A stretch of 64,000 nucleotides of DNA from Patescibacteria group bacterium (lineage in GTDB: Bacteria > Patescibacteriota > Microgenomatia > UBA10105 > UBA927), in NCBI GenBank assembly GCA_041753515.1, contig JBGSUE010000040.1, forward strand, positions 8,290 through 72,289, written 5' to 3'. A model generated the notes under the pieces. The model was not told where the DNA came from. It saw only the letters and a program-made list of their open reading frames with translations, and ran no database searches. This document shows positions 49,979-59,514 of this stretch, piece after piece. The position numbers were made by a program, and so were the translations under genes. Numbering within the stretch: the stretch's first letter is position 1; the number at the start of each line of letters is the position of its first letter.

Positions 49979-51724
49979 TCATCGATACTCATAAATGAAT
50001 ACGTTTCCGTTTTCGTAAAGTTTCGTCAGAAACGGATAAAATTCATCCAAATTTTTCCCTCCGGCATCTTCGCGCTCCTGCGGCCCGAAAAATATGTAGT
50101 GCAGTCCGGTTTCTGACAAAAACTGCCGGGCATCGTCAGGCGGCATCGTCCCGCTGAAAAATGCTTTCACATACATCTTTTTCTCCTGGCTTCCCACCGT
50201 GTTGTCATGCCCCACATACACGGTATTACCGGAGTAGACGGGGATATAATTGCCGGCAGTTGTCTGAGACAAAATGGCGGTATCCCTGCTTGTGTTGTCC
50301 TGAAGCCAGACAATGGCATCGATAAAATCGTTTAAGGGATACATCACGTAACTGCCTGTGGGTACCAACGGATACGCGGCAACTATTTTATGAACCACGA
50401 AGTCCCTTTGCCAGAGCCATGACGAATACATGTGCATGAGATTAAGCACCAATAAACCTAATGGAATCACGTAGATCAGATCAGGAAATGTATATAAGAG
50501 TTTTGATTTCTTTTTATCAAAACCTTTATTTTTAATATATTTTTCAATGGAATACCTGAGAGAAAGATACAGTTGATAAAAAAGATAGACACTCAATATT
50601 CCTAATGGAATGTGGACAATCATTTCGGAAAACCGCAACGGACTCTGTTGGGGAATAAACTGAAAGATAAACAGGAGCGCTGCCCATGCTAATACCCAAG
50701 CAACGGGCAATATCATGAGCTTGTCACGTTTTTTCAATGCAATGACTGCTCCAAGAACCCCAAGCGGCAGCATGATGCCGACTGCCTGCAGATATTCGTA
50801 ATACTGAAACGGCAGTGGCCGGAGAACATCGGCAAGTGCAAGCTCCTTCCAGGGGTAAAATGTCACCATCAACTGTAAATACGCCATCGACGGCAAGGCG
50901 ATAATCGACAAAAAAAGCCTGCCGAATACATGTCTGCCAAACCATACCCGGAAGTTTTTTTTCACCGGCCGATCAAACCAGAATTCAAGTACTGTCATGA
51001 CGGCAAATCCTGCGTACACAAATACAAGCCCCGGCGGGAAAATAAATCCGAGAACAAATGACAGTATCCCTAAAAATATCCAATTGCGCGGTTTTGCTAT
51101 GGTGGCAAGATCGGATCCGGCAAAAAGAACAAATGCCAACAGAATCTGTCCGACGAGCAGGTGCGGAATGAAAGTAATCCGCTGCAGGGAATCCATCACA
51201 CTCCACCATGCCATGTATCCTCCGATGCGCAAGGATCCGTCATCCATGGTTACGAGTTTCGGATATGTACTCGCTGTGACGGCAAACAAAAATCCAAGAA
51301 TGGAAAGTCCGTATTTTGTGAAAGATCGTTTAGCAATTTCTGCAGTGACTATCAAGAGTACAAATCCGAGAACAGTCCGGGTTGCGTGATATATATCACT
51401 TGTCCGGTGCCAATTGATATGCACCCACTTCCCGATCCATCCGAGAACCAGATAAAATACGTGTACAAAAGAGCCCTGATGCGGTTCGCTCGTATACTTT
51501 TCGTGAACTGTAAGGTGTCCTTCCAATCCCTGTCTAATACGCGAGAGATAGAAATTAAAATCCGTATAGAAATTATGCACCAGCTCGAATCGCCGCTCAG
51601 GCCGTATGGTATCCGCTTTACCAATCTCAAAAAACATCGGCCAGAGGGAAAAGATGACAAAAAACAGGGAAAGGAGTACAAATGTGTAAGGTTTTAACAA
51701 CGCGAGCAATTTATTCATAGTCAT
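49979..51724 (-). CDS. GT-C paralog family A member 4
   Basis: HNFYTDFNFYLSRIRQG..G.....KYTSEP, IPHL, ILSQTTAGNYIPVYSGNTVYVGH..T, LHYIF. Confidence 0.78.
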   Translation of the reverse strand: MTMNKLLALLKPYTFVLLSLFFVIFSLWPMFFEIGKADTIRPERRFELVHNFYTDFNFYLSRIRQGLEGHLTVHEKYTSEPHQGSFVHVFYLVLGWIGKWVHINWHRTSDIYHATRTVLGFVLLIVTAEIAKRSFTKYGLSILGFLFAVTASTYPKLVTMDDGSLRIGGYMAWWSVMDSLQRITFIPHLLVGQILLAFVLFAGSDLATIAKPRNWIFLGILSFVLGFIFPPGLVFVYAGFAVMTVLEFWFDRPVKKNFRVWFGRHVFGRLFLSIIALPSMAYLQLMVTFYPWKELALADVLRPLPFQYYEYLQAVGIMLPLGVLGAVIALKKRDKLMILPVAWVLAWAALLFIFQFIPQQSPLRFSEMIVHIPLGILSVYLFYQLYLSLRYSIEKYIKNKGFDKKKSKLLYTFPDLIYVIPLGLLVLNLMHMYSSWLWQRDFVVHKIVAAYPLVPTGSYVMYPLNDFIDAIVWLQDNTSRDTAILSQTTAGNYIPVYSGNTVYVGHDNTVGSQEKKMYVKAFFSGTMPPDDARQFLSETGLHYIFFGPQEREDAGGKNLDEFYPFLTKLYENGNVFIYEYR

Positions 51725-51740
51725 GAATTACCCATTCCAT

Positions 51741-51821
51741 TGTCATTCTGAGCATTCTGATGCGAAGAATCTAGTTTAATCATAATTACTAGATCCTTCG
51801 GCCTTTAGCCTCAGGATGACA
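51741..51821. repeat. TGTC-tagged palindromic element 9
   Basis: TGTCATTCTGAGC..GCGAAGAATCTAG..CTAGATCCTTCG..CTCAGGATGACA. Confidence 0.9.
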
Positions 51822-51859
51822 TAAGACTGCGTGAGTACTGCATAGTATGACGTGCAATC

Positions 51860-53422
51860 TTATTGGATACTTACTTTATATATCACGACATCATTGTTTT
51901 GGTAAACAGGTAAATAAAACGGATTTTTCAAAAATCCGTCCGTTTCTTGGTACCCCTTGTAGACAAACCGGATATTGTTGTCGTTCAGGAATTTTTCCGT
52001 CGACGCCTGGTCCCACGCACCGTCAAAAAAATTGTTTTTGTTTGCCTCCATGGCAAGACCTGTCTCATACGGCCAGCCCTGCTTGTTGCCATACACATAA
52101 TTATGGGAATATAAAAGAATATTATTGGCAGCTTCGTACGATGCAATCACCGTGCTTTCCACAGGAGTATTTTTATCCAGCCACCCGTATGCGTCCATCA
52201 TGCCGGTTGAGGGAAATTTGAATAATGAATACGACATATAATCCGTATTGGCGATTAATCCTGTTTTGAAATCATGATAGAAAGCCGGGAGCAGGAGGAG
52301 TATTACGGTTAAAATAATAATTTTGTTACGCAACAGATATACTGCCCCGTACGCCATGGGAATAAAGTAGAGGGACTGGATAAACCGCACGCGCTCCGCC
52401 CGAAAATATTTATACAGAAAAAAGAAAAACAGGAGCTGCAAGATAAGCCACACGGCCATATACACGGTTTTTTCATCACGGAGTTTTGTACGCAGCAATG
52501 ATACTGCAATACCGATTGATCCGATCCAAAACACCGGTCCGAAGGCAATAAGATCCCCCGCAATCGTCTGCCAGCCGATAGTCTGGCCGGAGACGTACTC
52601 TTCAAACGACAGGACCCAGTTTGTGGGATACTGATGGGTATAGTGGTAGGAAATAGCCATTCCTACCGCCAATCCGCTCACCGTTGATACATACGTCGTT
52701 GCTGCTGTTTTTTTCGTAACAATTCTATACAGAATCATCACGCCGGATAGTGAACACAAAAGGAGTGAAAATGCCGGATGCATCGTTCCCATTACCGTTC
52801 CCATGACGAATGATGCCCCGACTATCCATTTTTTCCTGTGATATTTGTTATTCAGATTGATAAGAGTTAAAAAAAGAAAGAGTAATGCGCCAAAAAGGTA
52901 GTGCGGACGGCTGGCAAACCTGAGGGCTACGTTGTCGATAAACCCGAACTGTGTCAAAACTCTGTATCCGCCCTGCGCGTAATATCCAAACGAAGTAGAC
53001 AGGGCAGCAAGCATTCCTGCTTGAAGTGCAAATGTTTTTCTGCCACCAACAACCAACAGAAGCCTGATCATGAAAACGAAAAAAAGTATCCCTCCTGAAA
53101 TTCGTATAAGATGATACCCGACCGGAGCCGATACTCCCAAAAAACCGGTCAGCTTCCCGCCCCAGACATAGAGCAGATGGACGGTTGAAAACGACTGAGG
53201 CGGCGGGACAGAACGGATACGGAAATAATTGGCGCCATACATCCCTTCTTTTACATAGGAGACATATCCCACATAGTCATCCACAAACCCTTCCATCCAG
53301 GTATATCCGCGGCCTTCCGGTTTAGTGAAATACGGCACCACCGTCCCCGCCATCCCCAATGAAACAAAAAGGATTGAAAGAATAACAGTAATTACCGCAA
53401 ACTTCCCTGATGATTTGTTCAT
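51860..53422 (-). CDS. GT-C paralog family A member 5 (start 53422 or 53446)
   Basis: DDYVGYVSYVKEG, RPHY, VIASYEAANNILLYSHNYVYG, IRFVY. The longer N-terminus in the ORF track is repeat-derived. Confidence 0.72.
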   Translation of the reverse strand: MNKSSGKFAVITVILSILFVSLGMAGTVVPYFTKPEGRGYTWMEGFVDDYVGYVSYVKEGMYGANYFRIRSVPPPQSFSTVHLLYVWGGKLTGFLGVSAPVGYHLIRISGGILFFVFMIRLLLVVGGRKTFALQAGMLAALSTSFGYYAQGGYRVLTQFGFIDNVALRFASRPHYLFGALLFLFLTLINLNNKYHRKKWIVGASFVMGTVMGTMHPAFSLLLCSLSGVMILYRIVTKKTAATTYVSTVSGLAVGMAISYHYTHQYPTNWVLSFEEYVSGQTIGWQTIAGDLIAFGPVFWIGSIGIAVSLLRTKLRDEKTVYMAVWLILQLLFFFFLYKYFRAERVRFIQSLYFIPMAYGAVYLLRNKIIILTVILLLLPAFYHDFKTGLIANTDYMSYSLFKFPSTGMMDAYGWLDKNTPVESTVIASYEAANNILLYSHNYVYGNKQGWPYETGLAMEANKNNFFDGAWDQASTEKFLNDNNIRFVYKGYQETDGFLKNPFYLPVYQNNDVVIYKVSIQ

Positions 53423-53454
53423 GGTGGAGAATGTATTAGTTAACATGCAAATTA

Positions 53455-53549
53455 TGTCATCGCGAGTCCGTTCTGACGGCGTGGCGATCCCGACGGGATT
53501 CCTGCCTGCCGGCAGGCAGGACTTCGTCTCTACGTTCCTCGCAATGACA
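53455..53549. repeat. TGTC-tagged palindromic element 10, with nested CCTGCCTGCCGGCAGGCAGG
   Basis: TGTCATCGCGAG..GTGGCGATCCC..GGGATT[20-mer at 53501-53520]..CTCGCAATGACA. Confidence 0.9.
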
Positions 53550-53600
53550 CTTTTAAACAAATTTCATCTTTGTTATACCTGTTATTATATAATAGATGCC

Positions 53601-54278
53601 ATGCTGAAACTGATCATTTTTGATTGGGACGATGTTATCACGACAGGGGCAAAGAATGGGTATTATGCCTGCTACCAAAAAGCACTTGAAGCAGACGGGA
53701 TTTCGTTAGACCCCAATGAATTTGACGCGCGTCTCAAACGCAAATGGGGCCAACCGTACAGGGAAGAAATAAAAGAACTGCTCAAGGAATATCCGCACCT
53801 TGTTGAAAAAGCGTGTGATACATATCAAAAGCACAAATTCGGTAACACATTCATTGATAGTCTTCGCCCCATACCGGGGGTTAACACTCTTTTCACACAA
53901 CTGAAAAAAACGTACATTTTAGCTGTAGCTACGGCAAATCAGCCCAAAATGCTTTCAAAGATTATCACAAAATTCAACATACCGGATGTTTTTTCACAAA
54001 TTGTGACTGCGTATGACCCTGAAATACCTCCACATAAAACAAAACCTGACCCCCTCATGCTTCAAATCATTCTTCAAAATCACAATATTCAACCTGATGA
54101 AGCAATCTACGTGGGAGACGCTTCAAATGACGTTCAGATGGCAAAAAATGCCGGAGTCGCTCCGGTCGTTGTCCTCACCGGACATCTCTCGCAGCAAGAG
54201 GCAAAAGAGCTTGGGGTTGAATGGATTCTCCCAGACGTAACACATCTGCCGGAAATTTTCGATTCTGTGTGTCTATGA
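53601..54278 (+). CDS. HAD-superfamily hydrolase (start corrected to 53601)
   Basis: IIFDWDDVI, VATAN, KPDP, YVGDASNDVQMAKNAG. TATAAT lies 7 nt before the ATG. Confidence 0.92.
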   Translation: MLKLIIFDWDDVITTGAKNGYYACYQKALEADGISLDPNEFDARLKRKWGQPYREEIKELLKEYPHLVEKACDTYQKHKFGNTFIDSLRPIPGVNTLFTQLKKTYILAVATANQPKMLSKIITKFNIPDVFSQIVTAYDPEIPPHKTKPDPLMLQIILQNHNIQPDEAIYVGDASNDVQMAKNAGVAPVVVLTGHLSQQEAKELGVEWILPDVTHLPEIFDSVCL

Positions 54279-55522
54279 AAAAGAGAACCATTGAAATTAC
54301 TTCAATACTTTTTTTTGCAATTCTTGCTTATTTTTTCAAATACTGGCTTATTGAATTGGCTCCCCAGCCGGTGGTATTTGACCAGACTGAATACCTGAGT
54401 TTTGCCAAATTGATGATTGAGAAAGGTCTGTATACACCGACCTCACGCACATACGGCTACCCCCTGTTTCTTATTCCCCACATACTGCTGTCGCAGGATC
54501 CTGTCCGGTCCACAATCAACACACAGGTAGTTCTCGATGTAGCAAGCGGCATTCTTCTGTATATTCTTGCGTATAAACTATTCAGGTCAAAAATTGCTGC
54601 ATGGGTCGCAATGCTCATCCAGTTCTTCAACCCGTTTACCAGCGCATATGCCGGCGTCATACTTACGGAAACAGTTGCTGTTTTTTTGAATGTGGTAATA
54701 CTTTTTCTTTTCTATGCGGCATCCGTAACAAAACGGACAATGAAAAATATATCGCTCGTATTACTTGGTATAGTAATCGGGTATGCTTTTGAAACCAGAC
54801 CGGCGATCTATCTGTGGGGCATAGCATCTCTCGCAATCATTGCCTACCTTATTCCTAAAAAAAGGGTTGCCGCGGCAATTCTTGTCGGTTGCGGCATACT
54901 CCTCTCAAGCCTTTATCAGATTTCTGCAAATCTCACGCTCCACGGACAATTTTCTTTTATAACGGTAGACAGTTTCTTTGCACGGGAACTGTACGACGGG
55001 ATTCTGGTAAAAAACGCACCTCTTTTTCCAAATACCCCGGAGGCATACCCTCCTGAAATGCGTACCATGTATCAGGAATACTCTGTGCTGCCAAAAAATG
55101 CAATTGAACGCAAGGCTATGGCCGATAAATATTTCAACAAGGCCGTAAATCTCATCAAAGCTGATCCGGGTGACTATGTCCTGGCACGGTTTAAAAAAAT
55201 GTGGAGTATGTGGCAGAAAGAAAATATATTTTTCTACTGGGAACCGGATTTCGAAAAACACAGACTATTCACTTATACGGCAAATCTCGTAGTGCTTTCT
55301 CTGTCAGCATTTGGATTGCTGAAGAATATAGTAAAAGGCGGGAGTTTCCATATTTTTACGCTCTCAATACTTCTCTTTATGACCATTGCAATTTCCGTCT
55401 CACATGCGGAACCCCGCCTTACGATTCCTGCCTACCCCATTTTATTTCTCTATGCCGGCTACTCAATCAATGCGCTCATACACAATATACGAACTGTTTC
55501 TGATCATCTCACGGAATCCTGA
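54275..55522 (+). CDS. GT-C membrane glycosyltransferase, family B (start corrected to 54275)
   Basis: APQPVVFDQTEY, RTYGYPLF, NPFTS, WQKENIFFY, HAEPR. ATGA-coupled to the HAD gene. Confidence 0.8.
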   Translation: MKKRTIEITSILFFAILAYFFKYWLIELAPQPVVFDQTEYLSFAKLMIEKGLYTPTSRTYGYPLFLIPHILLSQDPVRSTINTQVVLDVASGILLYILAYKLFRSKIAAWVAMLIQFFNPFTSAYAGVILTETVAVFLNVVILFLFYAASVTKRTMKNISLVLLGIVIGYAFETRPAIYLWGIASLAIIAYLIPKKRVAAAILVGCGILLSSLYQISANLTLHGQFSFITVDSFFARELYDGILVKNAPLFPNTPEAYPPEMRTMYQEYSVLPKNAIERKAMADKYFNKAVNLIKADPGDYVLARFKKMWSMWQKENIFFYWEPDFEKHRLFTYTANLVVLSLSAFGLLKNIVKGGSFHIFTLSILLFMTIAISVSHAEPRLTIPAYPILFLYAGYSINALIHNIRTVSDHLTES

Positions 55523-57025
55523 TACAGATATCTGCTCGGGCGATACAATGTATCGAATACTATATATTCGAATAATAGAATCTTTAACAAAATCGTCTGT
55601 TCCGTATATGAGTTCATTGAGTGCACTCGTTTTTTCTTCCGGCATATAGGTAAACGTGGGATGGCCTGCGAGCGTCCTGTGGGGAGTAAATGCGGGAAGA
55701 AGCGTTGAGAGTGTCTCAGGGGCGGCAACGACTCCGGGATTTTGTACAGAAAGAAATTCAATAACTGTCATCATATCATCGGGAACCATAACGAGAGGAT
55801 TAGTCATATTCTTTTCAACATACATATCCTGACGGCTCAGGCTAATGGCAAATGTCGGCATACCCAAAGCCACACTTGCCAATACAACGATATACATCCA
55901 TGTCCTCCTCATGGAAAACGGTTTCACGAAAACGGTTATCGCCAGTGTTGCCAGGAGCGCTGAAGGGATATACCCGGCTGACTGCAGATATCTGCCGTTT
56001 GAAACCGGAATAAATTGTGTGAAAAGCCCCAGTCCCAAAAATGGGAACAGAAACCATCCGAGAATGGTGTTCCACCGAAAATCGCGGCGATAGAGAAGAA
56101 ACGGGATTGATACGATAGCTATGACCCCCACTATTCCAAGCGTTTCCAGATACCCCATCATATTGATGGGGTACTGTACAAACCTCTCCCAATCACGGAA
56201 AGCGGTCCACGGAAAAGTGCTCCCCTGGATTTTCATCATGAAAAACACCTGGGCAATAAGGATAAGATAAAAAATCTCGATCTCGCCGAATTTGAATTTA
56301 TAGAGCCGGAGAAATCTGTAAAACGTCAATACGATCCCTGTGGCGATGGCCACACTCAAGGCCATCAGGCTTGCCGGATTGAGCCACACACTGACAAGAG
56401 CGCAACATGTTGCCCCGATAGTCAACCGGAATGACTGCAGTGTTTCTTTCCTTCTCTCAACCATACGCATGAAAAGTATCATGGCGGCGATCATAAAGGC
56501 ATTGGAAAATGTGTGATGCGGAAGCCATGAAACACGTAAGATCGGATCAAAACCGGTCCAGAATTCACCAGCCTGATACAGCGCTCCGCCTTTTGACCAC
56601 CAGAACGGAGCACCAAAACACATAAATAACAGCGCAATAATTCTCTGATGCAGAGTAAACCGCAGTTCAACAGCCAGTACATAGCCCGTAAACAGAAGCA
56701 TTGATCCTCCAACAATCCGTAGTACCGTATACATGGCAGGAATGCTTAAATGAAATATTTTTGCGGCCATGCCGGCCAGAGGAAAAAATGTGTTGATAAG
56801 CTGTGGCGTAAAAGTTTCCGGCGTATAGTTTGAAGTGAGAAGAAGCGATCCGTCATACCCCTGCCGCATTAGAGACAGATACCAGTAGTAGTCCTGTTCA
56901 TAATTGTGAACGAAAGGATACTCAAAGCCTTCAGGCATTTTTACTTGATACAGAAATGTCTGATACAAACTGACAACAACAAAAAATACTATTGCTGCGG
57001 CAACAATAAGATATCCCTTTTTCAT
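55463..57025 (-). CDS. GT-C paralog family A member 6 (start corrected to 57025)
   Basis: HNYEQDYYWYLSLMRQG..G.....YTPE, LPHH, LPAFTPHRTLAGH..FT, IRYIV. Confidence 0.76.
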   Translation of the reverse strand: MKKGYLIVAAAIVFFVVVSLYQTFLYQVKMPEGFEYPFVHNYEQDYYWYLSLMRQGYDGSLLLTSNYTPETFTPQLINTFFPLAGMAAKIFHLSIPAMYTVLRIVGGSMLLFTGYVLAVELRFTLHQRIIALLFMCFGAPFWWSKGGALYQAGEFWTGFDPILRVSWLPHHTFSNAFMIAAMILFMRMVERRKETLQSFRLTIGATCCALVSVWLNPASLMALSVAIATGIVLTFYRFLRLYKFKFGEIEIFYLILIAQVFFMMKIQGSTFPWTAFRDWERFVQYPINMMGYLETLGIVGVIAIVSIPFLLYRRDFRWNTILGWFLFPFLGLGLFTQFIPVSNGRYLQSAGYIPSALLATLAITVFVKPFSMRRTWMYIVVLASVALGMPTFAISLSRQDMYVEKNMTNPLVMVPDDMMTVIEFLSVQNPGVVAAPETLSTLLPAFTPHRTLAGHPTFTYMPEEKTSALNELIYGTDDFVKDSIIRIYSIRYIVSPEQISVSGFREMIRNSSYIVYERID

Positions 57026-57055
57026 CCCCCATAGTGTACTATTGTCCTGTATCAT

Positions 57056-58714
57056 ATGTCCAAAACAACGAAGTATATTCTGATCGGTGCAGTCGCCATA
57101 CTTGTGTTTCTCCGGCTTCATATGGGCATCACCCGTTTTTTTGACTCCGATGAAATGAGCCATATGCACTGGGCGTGGCTTGTATCCCGTGGCGATGTGC
57201 CCTTCCGCGATTTTTTCTATTACAATCTTCCCGGTTACCAATATGTGATCCTCTGGCCGTTTTTCCTGCCTGCCTCATCCGGTATTCTCATCATCACCCG
57301 CCTCTGGCAGTTTTTAATGTACCTGGCAACCGTCGTCCTTCTGTATCGTTTTACTAAACGCCTGACAAACAGTTCCGTCATCGGTCTTCTGTCCTCCGTT
57401 ATCTTTCTTGCCTTCCCCATGACATTCGATAAAACAATCGACATCCGTCCTGACATGACGATGATGCTGTTTTATCTTGCGGCGCTTGAACTTACTCTCA
57501 CCACAAAAATTTGGTCACAGTCACGGGCTTTTTTTCTTGGATTTCTCATTGCGCTCTCAATCGGTGTGACGCTCAAAACCATCGTGTTTGCCCTGCCGGC
57601 ACTCCTCTTTGTTTTTTTTACCAACAAACCAAAACCGAGCCCGATACAGACCATCACGGCATTGTCCGGGATCATTCTTCCGGCTCTTGTGTATTTTTTG
57701 TATCTTACTGTCACTGATGCGCTCATTCCCGCAATCACCATGATCACAAAAGACGCCTTTGCGGTAAATGCCGGCAAAGGCACATTCTCTCCCTGGAAAG
57801 CCTTGTCCCCCTATCCCCTTGTCTATCTGGCGGAGGGCGGCGTATCCCTCCCATGGATCATAAACACCGGAATCTGGATTCTGTCAGTTGTGGGGTTTAT
57901 CAAACTGATCCTGACGAAAAAATCCAAAAGTGCGTTTCTTGTCATATATTTTTTCTTCGGTATCATATTTCTTTTTCTCTTTCCGGCTCCGTACTTGCAG
58001 TATTTTCTCCCGCTGTCCGTCTTTGTTTCCGTCCTTGCCGCGATAGCTATCCAAAAATATCAGTCTGCCCCTTTAGCATTCGTCGTCTGTGCACTTCTTG
58101 TAAGTTCATTTTTTATCCAATATAAAGAGCGGACAGGAATAAAAAACTCCAATGCAGAACAACTCAGCGTCATCTCCTCAACGCTTGAAATGAGTCGCCC
58201 CAATGAAACATTTTATGATATGGTGGGCTCCTACATATTCCGTCCGGACGGGTTTATCCTCTGCTGCCATCCATACAATGAATTTGCCGACCGATTGTCC
58301 ACACAAGTACCGGCCCTGCGCGATTCGCTAATTGAGCGCGAAACGAAATTCATCGTCATGGACCGGACTGCTATTGTTTTCTGGTATCCCTATCCCCAAG
58401 ACCTGACATTTCTTAAATCGCATTATTTCGTATCGGAAAAAAACTGGAAAATATACCTGCATGGCTACAGATTCGGATGTATGGATGGAAAATGCACACA
58501 GTACGATATTGAAGATACCCCCGTATCACCCGCTTCATCATTTTATATTATCGGCGCCGATACTTACAGAGTGACCGTCACACCCCAAAACCAGACTGTG
58601 GCAATCGACGGCGTTTCGTACGGCAACAGTGCAACGGTCCCGTTGTCAAAAGGTAATCACACCTTCACCGCCGACCCCGCCGTCACCTCCTGGACCATTC
58701 AACTAAACAGGTAA
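57056..58714 (+). CDS. GT-C membrane glycosyltransferase, 'FDxDE..H.HW' type, with a C-terminal beta domain
   Basis: FFDSDEMSHMHW, PFRDFF, DIRPD, QYFLP. Paralog of 11177. Confidence 0.8.
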   Translation: MSKTTKYILIGAVAILVFLRLHMGITRFFDSDEMSHMHWAWLVSRGDVPFRDFFYYNLPGYQYVILWPFFLPASSGILIITRLWQFLMYLATVVLLYRFTKRLTNSSVIGLLSSVIFLAFPMTFDKTIDIRPDMTMMLFYLAALELTLTTKIWSQSRAFFLGFLIALSIGVTLKTIVFALPALLFVFFTNKPKPSPIQTITALSGIILPALVYFLYLTVTDALIPAITMITKDAFAVNAGKGTFSPWKALSPYPLVYLAEGGVSLPWIINTGIWILSVVGFIKLILTKKSKSAFLVIYFFFGIIFLFLFPAPYLQYFLPLSVFVSVLAAIAIQKYQSAPLAFVVCALLVSSFFIQYKERTGIKNSNAEQLSVISSTLEMSRPNETFYDMVGSYIFRPDGFILCCHPYNEFADRLSTQVPALRDSLIERETKFIVMDRTAIVFWYPYPQDLTFLKSHYFVSEKNWKIYLHGYRFGCMDGKCTQYDIEDTPVSPASSFYIIGADTYRVTVTPQNQTVAIDGVSYGNSATVPLSKGNHTFTADPAVTSWTIQLNR

Positions 58715-58716
58715 TC

Positions 58717-58752
58717 TTGACACAAAATCGCCATCCTGATAGTCTGTAGTCC
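58717..58752 (+). promoter_or_regulatory. Sigma70 promoter, probably leaderless
   Basis: TTGACA (58717), 17 nt spacer, TAGTCT with upstream TG, ATG 7 nt later. Confidence 0.6.
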
Positions 58753-59493
58753 ATGAGTGAGACGGGTGATGAACAGCTGTTGCCTCCTGAAAATTATACG
58801 AAGGTCATTCTTATTGCCATCGGTGCGGTTGCGGTGTTGAGCGCAATCACCATTGGTGCATACCAGTATGCAAAAAAACGCTCCGGTGTGGTGGTACTAC
58901 CGGGCGGCACCACATATCTGGGGCCATCCGATACCCCCGTCCAACCACCTCCCGAAACAGAACCCGCAAAACCGGTCATTGATGAAAACACAAAATGGAT
59001 AGAACATAAAGGCATCGACCACCCGTTCACATTTCTCTACCCCGAGTCCATCGAACTGGTCACATTTCCCAAAGACATCACGGAATCGGCCGGATTCGGC
59101 TGGGGAAATATCCAACCGCAGAGTAATCTTCTGTTCCGCATTATTGATATCAACGCATCGGAACCCGCGATGGTAAAATACATCAACCAGCCCAAAATCG
59201 AATATGTGAAACACTGGTGGGAACAGTATACCGGCGGCCTGAAAGGCGTCGAATCGGTGACCCCATTCACAAACTCCCGCGGCATGAAGGGATACCGGGC
59301 AAAATATTTGAACCATTCGGATCAGACCCCCAACGACGATATCTTTTTTGAAGTGCCCGGTAGACGCGACCTGATGGTCCGTTTTGGTAACGGTCCCCTG
59401 GAAAAAACGGTATTCGATAAAATAATCGACTCATTTTCCTGGGGAAAAACTGCACAACCTACAACCATTTCATCCCCAATTCCATCCCCGTAA
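58753..59493 (+). CDS. Single-TM anchored extracellular protein, PsbP/Mog1-like
   Basis: TM, Pro-rich linker, W..H....FTFLYP, C-terminal FDKIIDSFSW pattern. Confidence 0.65.
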   Translation: MSETGDEQLLPPENYTKVILIAIGAVAVLSAITIGAYQYAKKRSGVVVLPGGTTYLGPSDTPVQPPPETEPAKPVIDENTKWIEHKGIDHPFTFLYPESIELVTFPKDITESAGFGWGNIQPQSNLLFRIIDINASEPAMVKYINQPKIEYVKHWWEQYTGGLKGVESVTPFTNSRGMKGYRAKYLNHSDQTPNDDIFFEVPGRRDLMVRFGNGPLEKTVFDKIIDSFSWGKTAQPTTISSPIPSP

Positions 59494-59514
59494 AAACGTG
59501 GTATAGTTGTTCAC

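Noticed and set aside
53325-53600. N-terminal extensions of the HAD (53325) and GT-C (53560) ORFs through the palindromic element
   Set aside because: Open frames through repeats are expected, and better starts with -10 boxes or TM1 lie downstream.
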